Shown piece after piece: positions 1 to 13,000 of a DNA stretch of 64,000 nt; the first letter of the stretch is position 1, and each line of letters starts with the position of its first letter. Source of the DNA: Asterias rubens. Lineage: Eukaryota. The translations under genes were made by a program, and so were the position numbers. Where the stretch lies: NCBI RefSeq assembly GCF_902459465.1, contig NC_047069.1:8556001-8620000 (forward strand), read 5' to 3'. Under the pieces are notes generated by a model. That model did not search any database. It worked only from the letters and a program-made list of their open reading frames with translations, and was not told the DNA's origin.

Positions 1-2257
1 AAGTGAACTATATGCCTTTTAAGTTATCATCAACCCGTAAAAAAAAGTGCAATGACGGACATGATATCATATTAAGGTCTACTTAACGGTTTGATCGGCA
101 CTGATGATTTTCTTTTCAACAAACAGTCTTGCTTGATCAGAAAGTCCTCAAATCCTCCCATGTACTCAGGTTACGTGTCATGAAATAGCAACCTTACTCC
201 CTAAAGCACGGGACCACTCAACTATATATATAAAACAGTGAATTTTCACGTACACATCATGAGTGCATTGTGTGAAACGTTTTTGAAATATTATACAAAT
301 TTGTTTGTTTCGAGAAGTTTGCAAAATAGAGTTAATGTTTAAAACAAATTGCTTTCATGCACACAAATATGTAAATGGCAATTAACCTGCCTTAATCAAC
401 AACCGCAAAGTATAGCCTTTTCAAATCGATTGTTGATAAATAATATGGAGCGAAGATGAGCAAGTAATATATATTGTTTGTCTGTGAAATCGAGAACGAT
501 AATAATGTTTCTATTCGAACAATATTAACCCATTATTAGTTGATGTTGGTGGTTGTTGTTTATGGTTGTTGTTGTTGTTGTTTTGTGTATCGTACGCAAG
601 ATTTGACTGGGTAAAATGGAATTAAATTTCTCCCTCTTGGTGAAAAAATAGTGCCTACTAAAGGTGACGTGTTAACATGCACATTTTAAACTGGAAGGTT
701 TCGCCTTCTTCAGTTCGTATAAAATTGACTCAACAGCGTTATCTCAGTTATCATACCTGAGGCGCGGCACGAGCGTGTAGACACGTTGCACCATTGCCCC
801 GAGTAGGTAGTGGACGATGAAAGGTACTCACACCATTAAAATTGTAACCTGTTTATTATTCAAAATTATGGGGACCTAAGAATGAAAGTGAGGTTGATTA
901 AAGGTAATACTTTTCGGATACTTAGTTCCCCGCAGGCATCAGATCTAGGCATTGATTGTACGTTTTTCTATACACAACAAAAGTTTGTTTGACGTTCTAA
1001 AACTAAAAGCTTTTTGATAAAGTAAATTTATAAGAAAGAAAGAAAAAACAATATTAGCTCTCGGGTTTTGGAAATATTTTGTACTGAAGCCACAAAGACA
1101 ATTAGGGTGAACTCAAGGTGAACTAAGAAGTAGAAGTATCTCAACGTATGGATAATTTAACTCCATGTCATTGTCATTTTCAAACAAAAGTACTACTGTT
1201 TTGGGTTTTTTTTTTTCAATTGTTTTGAATACACCTACTCATTTACGTTGTTAGCTTTAGTTCAACACAATATTAAAACACTCCTGAAATGAATTCTAAA
1301 GCGTGAAATTAAACATGAGTTTGGTACACGAGTAGGCCTCTGGGATCTGAAAGCACTGCCTTGGGTCACATTGGCCAACTTGTGTCCTCCTAATGGCGTC
1401 TTCTCCCTACAGGTTATTTTTTTTATCTGAACTACAAAATGTCTTTTTGAAATATATCTTAGCTCGCACAATGATCGAGGTTGGTGCCGGGGGCTAAACA
1501 CAATATGATCCACACGTTGTTTGTCATTTCCGTTGTAGTTAAATGAGAGAACGGGTGTTTCTTTGTACACAGTGACTGGTCGAGACATTTTCTTGGCACG
1601 ACATGATACATGATCTAATATAAAGCTAATCATCTTCGCGTAAGATATTATTATACCTTTAAGTGTAAACCACACCTATCGTTGATTGACACAATAAAGC
1701 ATTTACCTCAGCAACCCTTTCTCAAATGTTACTCCTGTGAACAATTTTGAGAGACAATTATTGTCACTCAGGCTGAGCGTATATTTAAATGAAACACATG
1801 TCTATATGCTGTTCTACAATATCACTTTTTACACTAATGCTTCAACGCTGAATTTTACCCGTTATGGGATTGCCAAATAATTATATTAACATCTTGTACA
1901 CCTGATGCTTTTAAGCATTATTATTATCCAGCAAAGCCTATTAAAAGATACTCGTTCGACAATATCGTAGCAACCACTAATTCCCAGTGAACGCCCTCAA
2001 CCAAATACGTCATAACATTATTATCTTTGGCATAGTCCATAAATGCTGATATATTATTGCGTGTACATAGTACATTGTTTAACATCTAAATGTTTGGTTT
2101 GTATTGGTACGGGGTAACATTTAATTGTAAATACTTGAAGAAGCAATTTCGAATACACTTTTAGTAAACTAAGAACATGCTGTGTAGTAGAAAGCCTGAA
2201 CGTTTTTAAAGTTCTTAAAAGTACTAAAATGCAAATTGAAATTCTTTATCCTACGCC

Positions 2258-2290
<33 letters not shown>

Positions 2291-2774
2291 TATAAAATCA
2301 TGTTTGAAATCAACCCGTTTTGTCATGCAAGCAACGGCAGCATGTATACATGCACACACCAATTTCTCGTCTCTGTGGATTTGTTGAAATTGGCGCCACG
2401 GACTCCGGCAAATCCCCACCTTAGGGCTCGTTATTCTAGACTAGATTCTAGACCAGTCTACTCAAAGGTTGGTTGGCTCGAGATCTGATTGAGCCCAAAT
2501 CGCCCAAACTACTCTGCAAATTGTTTTGACAAATCTGTTTGAATGATGCCATAAGTTCTGTCATCAGACGCCCCACCCCCTTCTGATTAAAGAGGGAACT
2601 TTGAACGAGCTCATTCAGATTTAACGAACCTATATATTGACCCACAGTCCATATGACCAAATCAATTTTGGTTGTGTCAGGGGGGGGGGCGCAGTTTATA
2701 CTAACAAGCGGGCATTTTTGGCAATGCGAACGTGTTTACAAGCCCACCATTTACATTTAATCTGACGCGTGTTG

Positions 2775-2782
2775 TGACGTCA
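2775..2782. promoter_or_regulatory. Perfect CRE palindrome TGACGTCA about 690 bp upstream of the GPCR ATG
   Basis: Exact 8-mer seen in sequence; function untested. Confidence 0.25.
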
Positions 2783-3465
2783 TGCGAGGGATCAGTAGCC
2801 AAATATATTTTCTGGAGGAAAAGTACGTTGGTTTGATTTGCTTTGTTTACCACAGCGTCTGCTGTAAACATTTTCGACGTTTTCTTGTTTTCACAAGCCA
2901 TTTCGATCAAGTTAAAATGTTGATTTGGAGAAAACTTAATTATTCTGTGGAAGATTGCTGCGTAGATTTATCTTGGTTAAACAATTTGTATCTGTTAGTT
3001 GCGTCAGGCAGTTTATCAAAGAATAGGCCTATGTTTGTAAATAAAATTGTAGTATTCGTTTAAACAACAAAATGAAACGACATAAAGGCAGTGTGTTGCA
3101 CATTTCCTATTACTCAGTGTTAGAGCCGAAACAGTTTCAAGATTGGAACACGTATACCTGTACTTTCAAATGAAACGATTTTTTCCGGCGGTACATTATC
3201 GCCGTGTGTAAATTTTAAGTACACAAGGGCATGCAGCAGGCGCGGTGACTGCAATACACAAAGCGAATAGCAGGCTGGGTATCATTGGCAGAAGTGCGCA
3301 TGTCTGCCAGTCAATCACAAATTCTGGCTGCTGAAAAAGAGGATGCTGCGCGCCTTAACCTCCCAGTGTGATGTCCAGCACGGAGAAAGCGAACGTTTAG
3401 GGCTCGAGCACTGCAAGTACGATCCACTCCTTTTGATATTCACGAGTGACATCAAAAGTTTGAAC

Positions 3466-4632
3466 ATGGCTGTTTACAACTATTCTAACTTCTCTGCAAT
3501 AAGAGCTAATTGTGATCCGGAGCTTTATAGAAATATCACGTATGACTTTGTGGAGGACTGGACTTATCACGAGGGACAAATCTTCTCCATAACTGTTCTT
3601 TTTCCTATTCTGCTCTTGCTTGGTTTGCTTGGAAACTCCGCTTTTATTTTTGTGGTGTATCGTCGACCTGAGATGCGGACCGTCACTAACTGGTATTTGA
3701 CGAACTTAGCAGTTGCAGACATATTATTTTTGGTCAGTGCAATTGTTGATAAGATTTGGTTATATGCCAAATCGCCGGTGCCAGGGGACGATAGTCCACA
3801 TGGACCAATTGCATGCATTGTGATATCCCTTCTGGCAGATCTGACCTATTTTGCTTCTCTCTGTTTCATCACTTTGGTGTCTTTCGACCGTTTCTTGGCC
3901 GTGCGTCGTCCGCAGACCTCCAAACGAAGACGGACCAAGAATGCAGTGCCGACTAGCGTCGGATGCTGGGTGTTCGCCTTCTGTGTTGCGGCCTGTCTGA
4001 TTCCTTCAAGAAGCAAATTTGTCAAGTACTGTCTCGATTGGCCTCCGGGAGATGATAAATACAAAGACTGGCCTTTAGAAATGTACGTTTGCAGATCACA
4101 CAATATTTGGGTGGATAAGTTCATCAATGTAATCCAAACGGTACCGTTCTTTTCTGCGTTCGCGCTGAATGTGTTTCTCTACATCAACATCATTCGAAGC
4201 CTGGATCGGTCCATCCAGAACCTTGGTCATCATGGAATGTCACAGGACAAGAACGTGGCTATGAGGAATCAAATAGCCAAGATGCTAGTGGTCAACGGAG
4301 TGGTCTTCTTCTGCTGTCTGTTTCCGTTCGAACTAATGTGTTTATTCCAAGTCATCAAAAGTCTGCAAGGCCCCGATGTCCTACCGCTGAAAACAGAGGA
4401 ATTATTGTATGAAATATCTCGTGTATTGGCCTACATAAACTCAGTGGCAAACCCTTTGATTTATACACTGCTTAGCCACAGGTACAGGGCGAGTTTTAAA
4501 GCTGCGTTTATGTGCCGAGGGAACATTTCTCAAAGAGGATCTAGACGCACGGAAAATGATGCCGCTCACAATAACGAGTTTAGGACCTCTTCTTTGCGGG
4601 GACAAAATGCAACGCGAGACGAAATTTTATGA
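3466..4632 (+). CDS. Intronless class A (rhodopsin-like) GPCR, peptide-receptor-like orphan; ORF is open from 3343, likely start ATG 3466
   Basis: Seven hydrophobic segments with TM1 GN (LLGNSAF), TM2 NLAVAD, TM3 DRF, TM4 W, TM7 NSVANPLIY; N-terminal N-glycosylation sequons (NYS, NFS, NIT) follow M at 3466 (context aacATGG). Confidence 0.95.
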   Translation: MAVYNYSNFSAIRANCDPELYRNITYDFVEDWTYHEGQIFSITVLFPILLLLGLLGNSAFIFVVYRRPEMRTVTNWYLTNLAVADILFLVSAIVDKIWLYAKSPVPGDDSPHGPIACIVISLLADLTYFASLCFITLVSFDRFLAVRRPQTSKRRRTKNAVPTSVGCWVFAFCVAACLIPSRSKFVKYCLDWPPGDDKYKDWPLEMYVCRSHNIWVDKFINVIQTVPFFSAFALNVFLYINIIRSLDRSIQNLGHHGMSQDKNVAMRNQIAKMLVVNGVVFFCCLFPFELMCLFQVIKSLQGPDVLPLKTEELLYEISRVLAYINSVANPLIYTLLSHRYRASFKAAFMCRGNISQRGSRRTENDAAHNNEFRTSSLRGQNATRDEIL

Positions 4633-7600
4633 AGGAATTTTACAAAAACTTGTTTGGTTAAACTTGAAGTTGCGTCATCGGTTCTGTAGGATCTGGTGCA
4701 TTATGTAAAACATATTCGTTACACGTTGCATCATTGAACGGGAAAACATAGTACTGGAGTTGGCCTTTATCTACACGATAGTGGTAGTGTAGATTGTATG
4801 TATTATTTGAATGTGTATGCTATACAAAACTGTACAGTTTCATAGGTCAAAATTGAGCCGGTTTCCGTGTCTATTGGGCCTGACCCATTGCCGGGTAAGG
4901 CTGACCCGTCAAATGGTTACAAATTGGACTTAAAATCGGATACCGCGTCATTTACCGGGTAATTTTACCACAAATTCCCAGTCAGCTTGACCCAGAATGA
5001 GTCAGGTCCCAGGGAGTCCGGAATTCTAGTCAATTCAGAGCCGGGAGTTGTCGGTTCTATGTCATTCTGGTAAAATCATAATCCGTCAATATATACGGTT
5101 TGCGTGCCACTCTTCCGGTTAAACAATAGAGTCTGACATCAAACATTACATCTGTAAGCAAACTAAGACGGTTTAAGACTTACCCAAGCTGAGATTCAGC
5201 TTTTTAAAAAAAAGAAAATCTCTAATTAAACGCCCACCATCGCACTGTGCTTGATCATACGTCAGCTGTCTTAAAACTGCAATCTAGAATATAGCCATTG
5301 GGTTTTTATTTCTCAGAACGAACCCAAGGGTAATTCCGTCTTCGATTCAGTTGATGTGATCATTTTTCGGAGCAAATTCTTCTAAACAGGCGATTTAGTC
5401 AAACCCGATTTTCGTCCTGATTACAATCAAATTGCGCACGGGTAACCTACTTAAGATTTCCCTGGACACTGTATACAGTTTGACAGTGTGATGTCTGAGG
5501 GACAGTGACGTCGAATAAAGTAAATATCCCGTGCATGTTTTTACAGTCACATAAGTTGCATGCAGAAGTCAATACTACAGTATTCATACCATCAGCGAAG
5601 CCAATATGTCGAATAATGTTGTTGTATGGTTGATCCAATAAACCTAAAAGGATGGCAATCTAAAGCCGTTTAATTTGAAACCAAAATTCAATCAAAATGG
5701 TAGATTTGACCGTGAAATTTGTGCAAACATCAGCAGAGTAAATTTAGATGCAGGACAAGATAAGGTACACGTAGGAGGATTTATCAATCCATGCTGTTTC
5801 TTCAATCAAATGGTTATGCCGAATTAATCTGACTGTGATTGCATGTACACTTCGATTTACGTTATATACAACTGACTGGTAATTGAGGATTGCTCCAAGA
5901 ACCGCCAGTTAATTCTAAATTTAAACATTCATGACTGCATCAAGGCTAGTTTAAAGTGTGGTGTGTGAATAGGAGAACGAAATATCATATTCATTGTAGT
6001 GTTGCATTAAAGTGTGTCTCTCTTGTCCAGCCTATACGTGCAATGTAGTGCCGATCCAACGAATTTAACTGAATGCCGAGCACAATTGCGTCTCTGCTTA
6101 AACATTAATGCATCTGACAATAAGATATTTCTGATGACGATTGCCGCTATGAATATTTAACATTGAACTGCTCAATGTCTACACGCTTAAATGACTCATT
6201 GAATGTTTTCTTTTTTTATATATAAATTAAATTAAAAATGTTCGTGGTGATGTGACAAGTAAAAAAAATTAAAAAAAAGTTTTTACTCCCAAGAAAAATA
6301 GCGGTCTACAGTTAAAACAAGACGGATGACATGATTGATTGAAATGTCAAACAAAGCCAAACCGTTTCTGCATGATTACCAAGGTCTAGTGATGAGTGTC
6401 TCGTGCAATTAGTTATTCTCGGTGTTTCAAAACATTCGTCTCTAGTTTTGTAAAAACAAACCGTGTCAAACGACCGGTAGTAAAGGAAGTGGTCTCAACA
6501 CAAGCCGGGACAGAATTGCAATTAGGTGTTGTTTAATGGACGAAAGTAAACATGTAGTCCTTCGCAATGCCGTAATATGGGCGTGGCTATATTGCCAATT
6601 ATATGTTTTGTCACCACCAATTATATAAAAACAAATTCGCTTCGTCAAAATTACTAATCTAATCAAGACGAAAGTCTGTAGTTTGAAATCACTCCGTGAA
6701 CATTGTTTTCACAATCAAATATTGTTGTATATTAAACGACCACGGTTTTTATCCATGGGACTTTTTTGTATACACACTTAAAGGTTGGGTCAAAGATTGG
6801 ATTTGATCAAATTACTGATTTAAAGGCAACAGATATAAAAGAAATATGCAATAAAAGTCACATTAAATTTTCATTGTCTCAGCTGAAAACAGTGTATAGA
6901 GTCTTGCTGAGAAACACCAAACAACTGTCACGGAATTTGTGAAAGCTTTCGCAAAAGGACACCGTAACCTCAAGAAATGTGAGAAAAGATTCAGCCATGA
7001 ATCGTTGCTCAGATTAAAATGTGTTACGTGTTAAATGGGTATACAATCATCCAAACCAAATCACTTGCCATGGAAACCTTTCTCTAAAATGTTTATACTC
7101 TCAGCAGTTGCAGTGCTTCTAACAAAATCAGTTTGTTTTGTCATTTATATTGTATACATTGTTCTACCAGGCTATGACCCTACCTTTTTTTATACTAAGG
7201 TTCAGATTGTGTGTGTAGGCCTAAAGATTTACAAAACAAATTTAAATTTCTGACTACCGACCTAACTAAACCGTTTATTTGTGAGACTTGACGTTAACCT
7301 AATATTCAAGAATAAGATTTTATTCCATCTTATAAAACGACCTTTAAAAAAAGGTTTTAAAATTAAACCATTCAGTTCAAATGACCATAGATCTCCGGCT
7401 AAAGTCAAACAGTTAATTTGCAAATATAATGACGGACAATCCTGTAAATTATTAAAATAATAAGGTTAAATATTTCGGTATTAAGGCAATAAAAACAATG
7501 ATATTTATGAGCACTGCAGATCTGATGTGCTGCACCGGTAAAAATTAACTATAACAAAAAATTATTTGCGAATTTTTTGAAAAAAGTATTCAAGGACAGT

Positions 7601-9481
7601 TGGTTTTGGGGAAGCAAATGTCCGTTTTCAGTTGTCTGCTTTTTCCATACTGATTCGCTTCGAAATCTGCTCGCTTATCTCTTAGAACATCATGAATAAA
7701 ATTTAAACACCCCTCACACACAACCTTACGGATCCGGTTTGTGGAGTCCTGCAGGGTGGTTCTATTATTCTCTGTTTAAAAGAATTTGTTCTGTACAATA
7801 AGGAAAACCTATTCTTCATTAAACCTGTTTTGTAAGTCCACATAGTGTTTCGATTCCCTACTGATGTGAACGTTATTGGTTCCCAGGTCCACACTCGTAT
7901 ATGTGGCGTTAAAACACACACAAGTGGAAAAACCTGCAATTGGGGACTTCCTGACAACAGCAAGCTCTCTTGTGTATACGCTCTCCAACTGGGGATCTTT
8001 CCCCAACTGGGAACCATGTTCCTTTTTGTTATAGGCCAACGGTTTGAATGTGTATACGCACGCAAACAAACAACGAACTGCGAGTGTCCGCAGGTAATAA
8101 AAAAGGAGTTGTGAGAATACTCTCGACAGGAGCAAACAACTGGCTAAAGTTGCTTTAAATTAAGTTGACTTAGATGCCGGTTTCTCCCTTTATATTCCAG
8201 TATTCTTATCTTTCAATATATTCCCTTGAATAAGATGTTTTCTTGAGGTTTTTTTAATTTGTTTAAGGACCTCCCGCTTTTGACGAGACACTTGACTTGA
8301 CAGGCGACAATGGACTGCGGACAATTCTGGACTTATTAAATTCTCCGTTTAAAATGTAAGAACAAATTTTTGGTTGATTACTTCGAGGACTAAAAAGCAC
8401 TTATACCCACTTAAAACCGTAGTGTAATCTGTGTATAGTGATTGTGATAATCTGTCATGGTTTCTGACTGGTTTCTGTATATTTTGTAATTTAGTAATGG
8501 TCACGTTTAGTATTAATGAATCACTCCTATACTTCAATGGCAATCGGATAGTTACGATATCTCCTTGCAAAAACAAACAAACAAGCGCACAAGCGAGCGA
8601 AACAAGTGACCACCCTCTTTTACTTTAAAATATTGCACAGCAAACACTTGAAGTTTTCATAACGTTTGTATTTGTGCAATATGAATTTAAAAGGGTCGTT
8701 ATGGTATTCAACTTTAAAACACGCTGGATTTCGAATCAATCTTTTTACGTAAGTTTAATGGCCGTACAGTGAAAGCTAAAAGCTTTTCCCGAACCCACCC
8801 AGTGTCTGTGTAATTTGATTTGTTCATTAAATTATTGTTCGCATCGGGAACTCTTATAGTTATTCCTTTTAGGTTATTCGAAGTACTATAAGACTTCAGA
8901 AAATTACTGTTTTTTATATGCGAAACTCAACAAAGGACGCTTTTTCCAAACTGAACACTTGTGTATCTTCCATGTGAATGAGGTGATTTGTGTCTTTATT
9001 AGATTACTTAAGACATATTTGCTTTCTTTCAATAGAAGTGACTCGAATTATACTTAACATTGTGTATAGTCCTTAATCATGCATAATCATTTTAAAGGTA
9101 CGTTGTTACGACTGAGCAATTTTGTTCAATTGACGTTTTCTTTGCGTTCAAGATGTTCTCATATACTTGTAGATAATGTTGGGGTTCTTTTGGGTGTTTA
9201 ACTGTTGGCGTGAAGCGTCCTTATTTGTTGCCGTTGTTGACCCCATCACTCTGTATTCGAAGGGCGTTACGGTAAATGTGAACATCCTATAGCCGACCAC
9301 ATTCAACCCTTACAAATTGTCAACAAACAATAATTGCGAGATGGTCCTACGTGACTTCAATGTTATGCTTTTGAGAAGTTTACGCTGTAGGGGCTCGATG
9401 CACGAGTCTGCAGTTGCAGTCATATGGCCACTTGTGTAATGAACGCCTATCACGTCTTTCATAATCGCACACGATGATTAA

Positions 9482-10031
9482 AGGCAGTGGACACTATTGG
9501 TAATTACTCAAAATAATTATTAGCATAAAACCTTTCTTGGTGACGAGTAATGGGGAGAGGTTGATGGTATTAAACATTGTGAGAAAGAAGTAATTTTCCA
9601 CGAATTTGATTTCGAGACCTCAAGTTTAGAATTTGAGGTCTCGAAATCAACCATCTAAACGCACACAACTTCGTGTGACAAGGGTGTTTTTCTTTCATTA
9701 TTAGGGACTTTTCGTTTTCGACGACGGATGGTTCTGCGACGGTTGTTCAGCTAAACGTTGTCGTTTTCAGCACAACGAAGATTCATCCAAAGTACTGTCG
9801 TAGAAATTGAGGGACGACCGTCCTCAAAGCCGACGCATGCGCAGATGACGCCAAATGTCATCTTACCCGTCGCAGAACCATCCGTCGTCGAAAACGAAAA
9901 GTCCCTAAAATCTCGCAACTTCGATGACCGATTGAGCTCAAATTTTCACAGGTTTGTTATTTTATGCATATGTTGAGATACACCAACTGTGAAGGCTAGT
10001 CTTTGACAATTACCAATAGTGTCCACTGCCT
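9482..10031 (+). mobile_element. Kolobok-like MITE family 1, copy with nested MITE
   Basis: TTAA flanks at 9478-9481 and 10032-10035; TIR AGGCAGTGGACACTATTGGTAATT; body shared with eight other copies. Confidence 0.9.
9702..9907. mobile_element. Nested MITE with perfect 41-bp terminal inverted repeats
   Basis: 9702-9742 (TAGGGACTTTTCGTTTTCGACGACGGATGGTTCTGCGACGG) is the exact reverse complement of 9867-9907; absent from other family 1 copies. Confidence 0.9.
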
Positions 10032-13000
10032 TTAAAAACTATTTATATCCATAAATATATCTACAGTTATTATTTCAAGCTTTTTTATTCAAATTCACTC
10101 TCTTAGATTAAAACTGACGATGCACGATAGTTTTGTTAATGGAGTTCCAATTGGTTAGAGTGGGGTTAGTATATCTAAGGGTATTGCGGCACCACGTTGT
10201 AGACATCACGTCGTTAACTTTTGTCCTCATCAATGCCGTTGTAACGAACAAAGAAAGATTAAATTCAAAAAACTCTTTCAGTAACTACAAGAGTTAAAAA
10301 AAAAAAATCCAAATTGTAAATATACTTCAAATCACTTAATCATGGACGTTGACATTTTGTTGTGTAGTTTTTTAGTTATGTTTCATAAAATGAAATGTAA
10401 ATTTTTTTCTTTGTGCTGACGCATATTTCAGTATTGACACCTTCACTAATGTGTGAAAATTATGTAAAATATGTATAGATATCTACAATATGTTTGTAAT
10501 ATAGAATTGACTGTTAATCTCATATCAGTAAAAGTTACTGTTTAATTTGTTAATGTGTAGAGTTCATTGACGACATAAAAATATTAACGAACATGTTGGT
10601 GTTCTTTATTATTATATAAAACAAAAAAATGCTGATTTTTGGATTACCAAAATGTGAACAAGACATTACATCGTCATCTGTACAAAAATGATGACTAAGT
10701 ATTGGTATGCGGCAGACGGGCAAAGTAAACTAGTATAGTGACTTTTTACTACGCGTTTTTTCCGTGGTCTTGATATTCTTGTACTGACAACAATATGTAC
10801 AGATCATAATTGATTTGTTTTATTAAAGGAAATGCACGAGTGACACAAACCTTAATCCAACGACAGATTTGATCATTGAGTGGACAGTTGTGCAATGTCT
10901 TGATACTTTGGCATGATTGTAATTGTAATTTCTTTGTACATTTCCCTCCGTCATGTCTTCTGTCAGTATGTAGCCAATAAGGCATCTGCGAGTGGCTGAG
11001 TGATGTATCTTAAATCTGTAGCAGATGAAGTCTGACACACTTTTTCATTTTAAAAAGAATGATCGTCAGATTTTATATGTACAGACAATGAACTTTCAGT
11101 TTTCGGATGTGTAGCTCATCGTGTTGCCAACGCTTTTCTTCCCCTGTACATATAAAAATACGAGAAACTTCAGATAAAGAACGTATTCAAGAAATCGTCG
11201 TGAAATTGGAAGTCATGGAGTTCAAACTAGCAAATCGTAAACATAAATTCCATTACATCCCACGTTCTATAAAAGACTTAACAATGACTGAGTCAGCCAT
11301 CCAGTGTATCAACCATGATCTTGAGGCAGAATGGATACGTAATTGGCAGATTGTGATCCATAACCGTCTGTCGAAAGAAACACGCTCTGTCAAATTGTAT
11401 GAAGAAAAACTAATTACTTGTGCATTAAAATCTTGCTTTAGAGTGTTCAGTTGCTGTACGCAGTAATAAATTAAACTTAGGATGCTGTACCAGCTGCTGT
11501 AATATTATGAACGGGAGGAAAATCCTCCCGACCACTAGAACGAAAATTATAGCATCACAAATTACAGGTTATACGCAATCGCCACACCAGTATTTAAAGA
11601 TTTCCCACTTGGGGCCGATTTGGGCAAGCACCTTATATTTGTACAGTTTGAGATTTAACAGCTCTGGCTAAGGCTTTTTTGGCCTGATTCCATTGGGGTG
11701 TACGATCAATGGCAATGCTTTGCTCAGAGGATTGGAGCGGCTCTTTGTCTAGATTCCTTGGTCGGTAATGAAGTGCTACATTTTACGTGAGACGAATCCT
11801 GATCGATTCACCTGGGTATCACATGACATAGGTGGTGTAGTTAATAAGTAGAGATAATGCTGTTGGGCCACACCTGCACGGCATAACCCCCCTGAATCGC
11901 CAGCACTCGCGTTGTTGGATTACAATCCCATGGGATTCGCTGGGTGGCGTATGTAACCAAGCGAAACAACATTTGAGAACCCGACATTTTGGTTTGAAAA
12001 TGTTTTGTCGTAAACTTTGAGACTGGCGAATCGCGAGAAGGCAGAACTGTACAACGAAACGTTTCTTTAAAGTACACCTTCCAACAAATTATGGTTTAAG
12101 CTCGTGTGGAGCCCATTCCTTCGCCTAGCTTGTTTTCCCAACTGATGAAAATATTCAAGAGGATACTAAAAATGGAAAATTCGTGCTCAACTGCACAGGA
12201 ATCATCCGCAGCGTAAACACAGTGGTCGCCTGGGGAGAACGCCAACCCCATGGCCCTCCGATCACGGTGCCCTTTACTCTCCCCCAGTTGTAGTAAATTT
12301 CGCCCACACGGGAACACCGAGTTCCCTCAGCACGGGTCTTTCGTCTAATACATGTATCTAACCAAAATGCAGCAACCTTTAATGATATCCCGACCATAGT
12401 TTGCCCTCAAGCCTACTTGAATCATACCCAGGGTATACCGTATAGTTCAGATTGGACAGGGAGCTATGTAAGGGTATCATGGAAATACATAGGCCTATTG
12501 GAGATGCTCAGGTGAATTCAGAATCAAATCATCAAATAAAACCTTAATGAAACTACATTCAAGTGCCAATGTCAACATTATGTTATTCTTCACAGCTTTA
12601 CCTTCTCTGAAGGCTTTTCCGTTGAGTTTGTACATCAATCTTGGAATTGTTTGGGGCGCATGCATGATTAACAACTGCATAATACCAAATAAGAACAACC
12701 GCAAAATCAAAATCCATAGTTGTACAACCCGAGGTATCATTAGCAAACATAAAGCTAAACCCCCATGCACATGTTTATTGCAGACCAACATAATCGGATT
12801 GCCTTTAATATTCATCCGATCTTGGGAAATGTTGTATATCACATTTGCGATAGAAGTAATTGCACAAAACGACTTCCACAACAAACGAAGCACAAAGTTC
12901 CCTGCATCATACTCGATTGGCTATAGGGCTATTTATGATGATCAATTGGGTAATTAAATCACGGTACTTCAAAGAGCGTACAATTTCACAAATCCCCTCC

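Noticed and set aside
689-716. Hammerhead-like CUGAAGA...GAAAC on the minus strand
   Set aside because: Only 4 nt between core halves, so no stem II, and no family tail; explained as a simple hairpin GAAGG-TTTCG-CCTTC.
3397-4127. Minus-strand ORFs over the first GPCR (likewise 29700-29888, 40595-40819, 32070-32723, 34125-34764)
   Set aside because: Antisense or alternate-frame shadows of real coding sequence.
12495-12957. Overlapping 132-aa and 136-aa ORFs on opposite strands
   Set aside because: No motif, start context or splice support; not distinguishable from chance.
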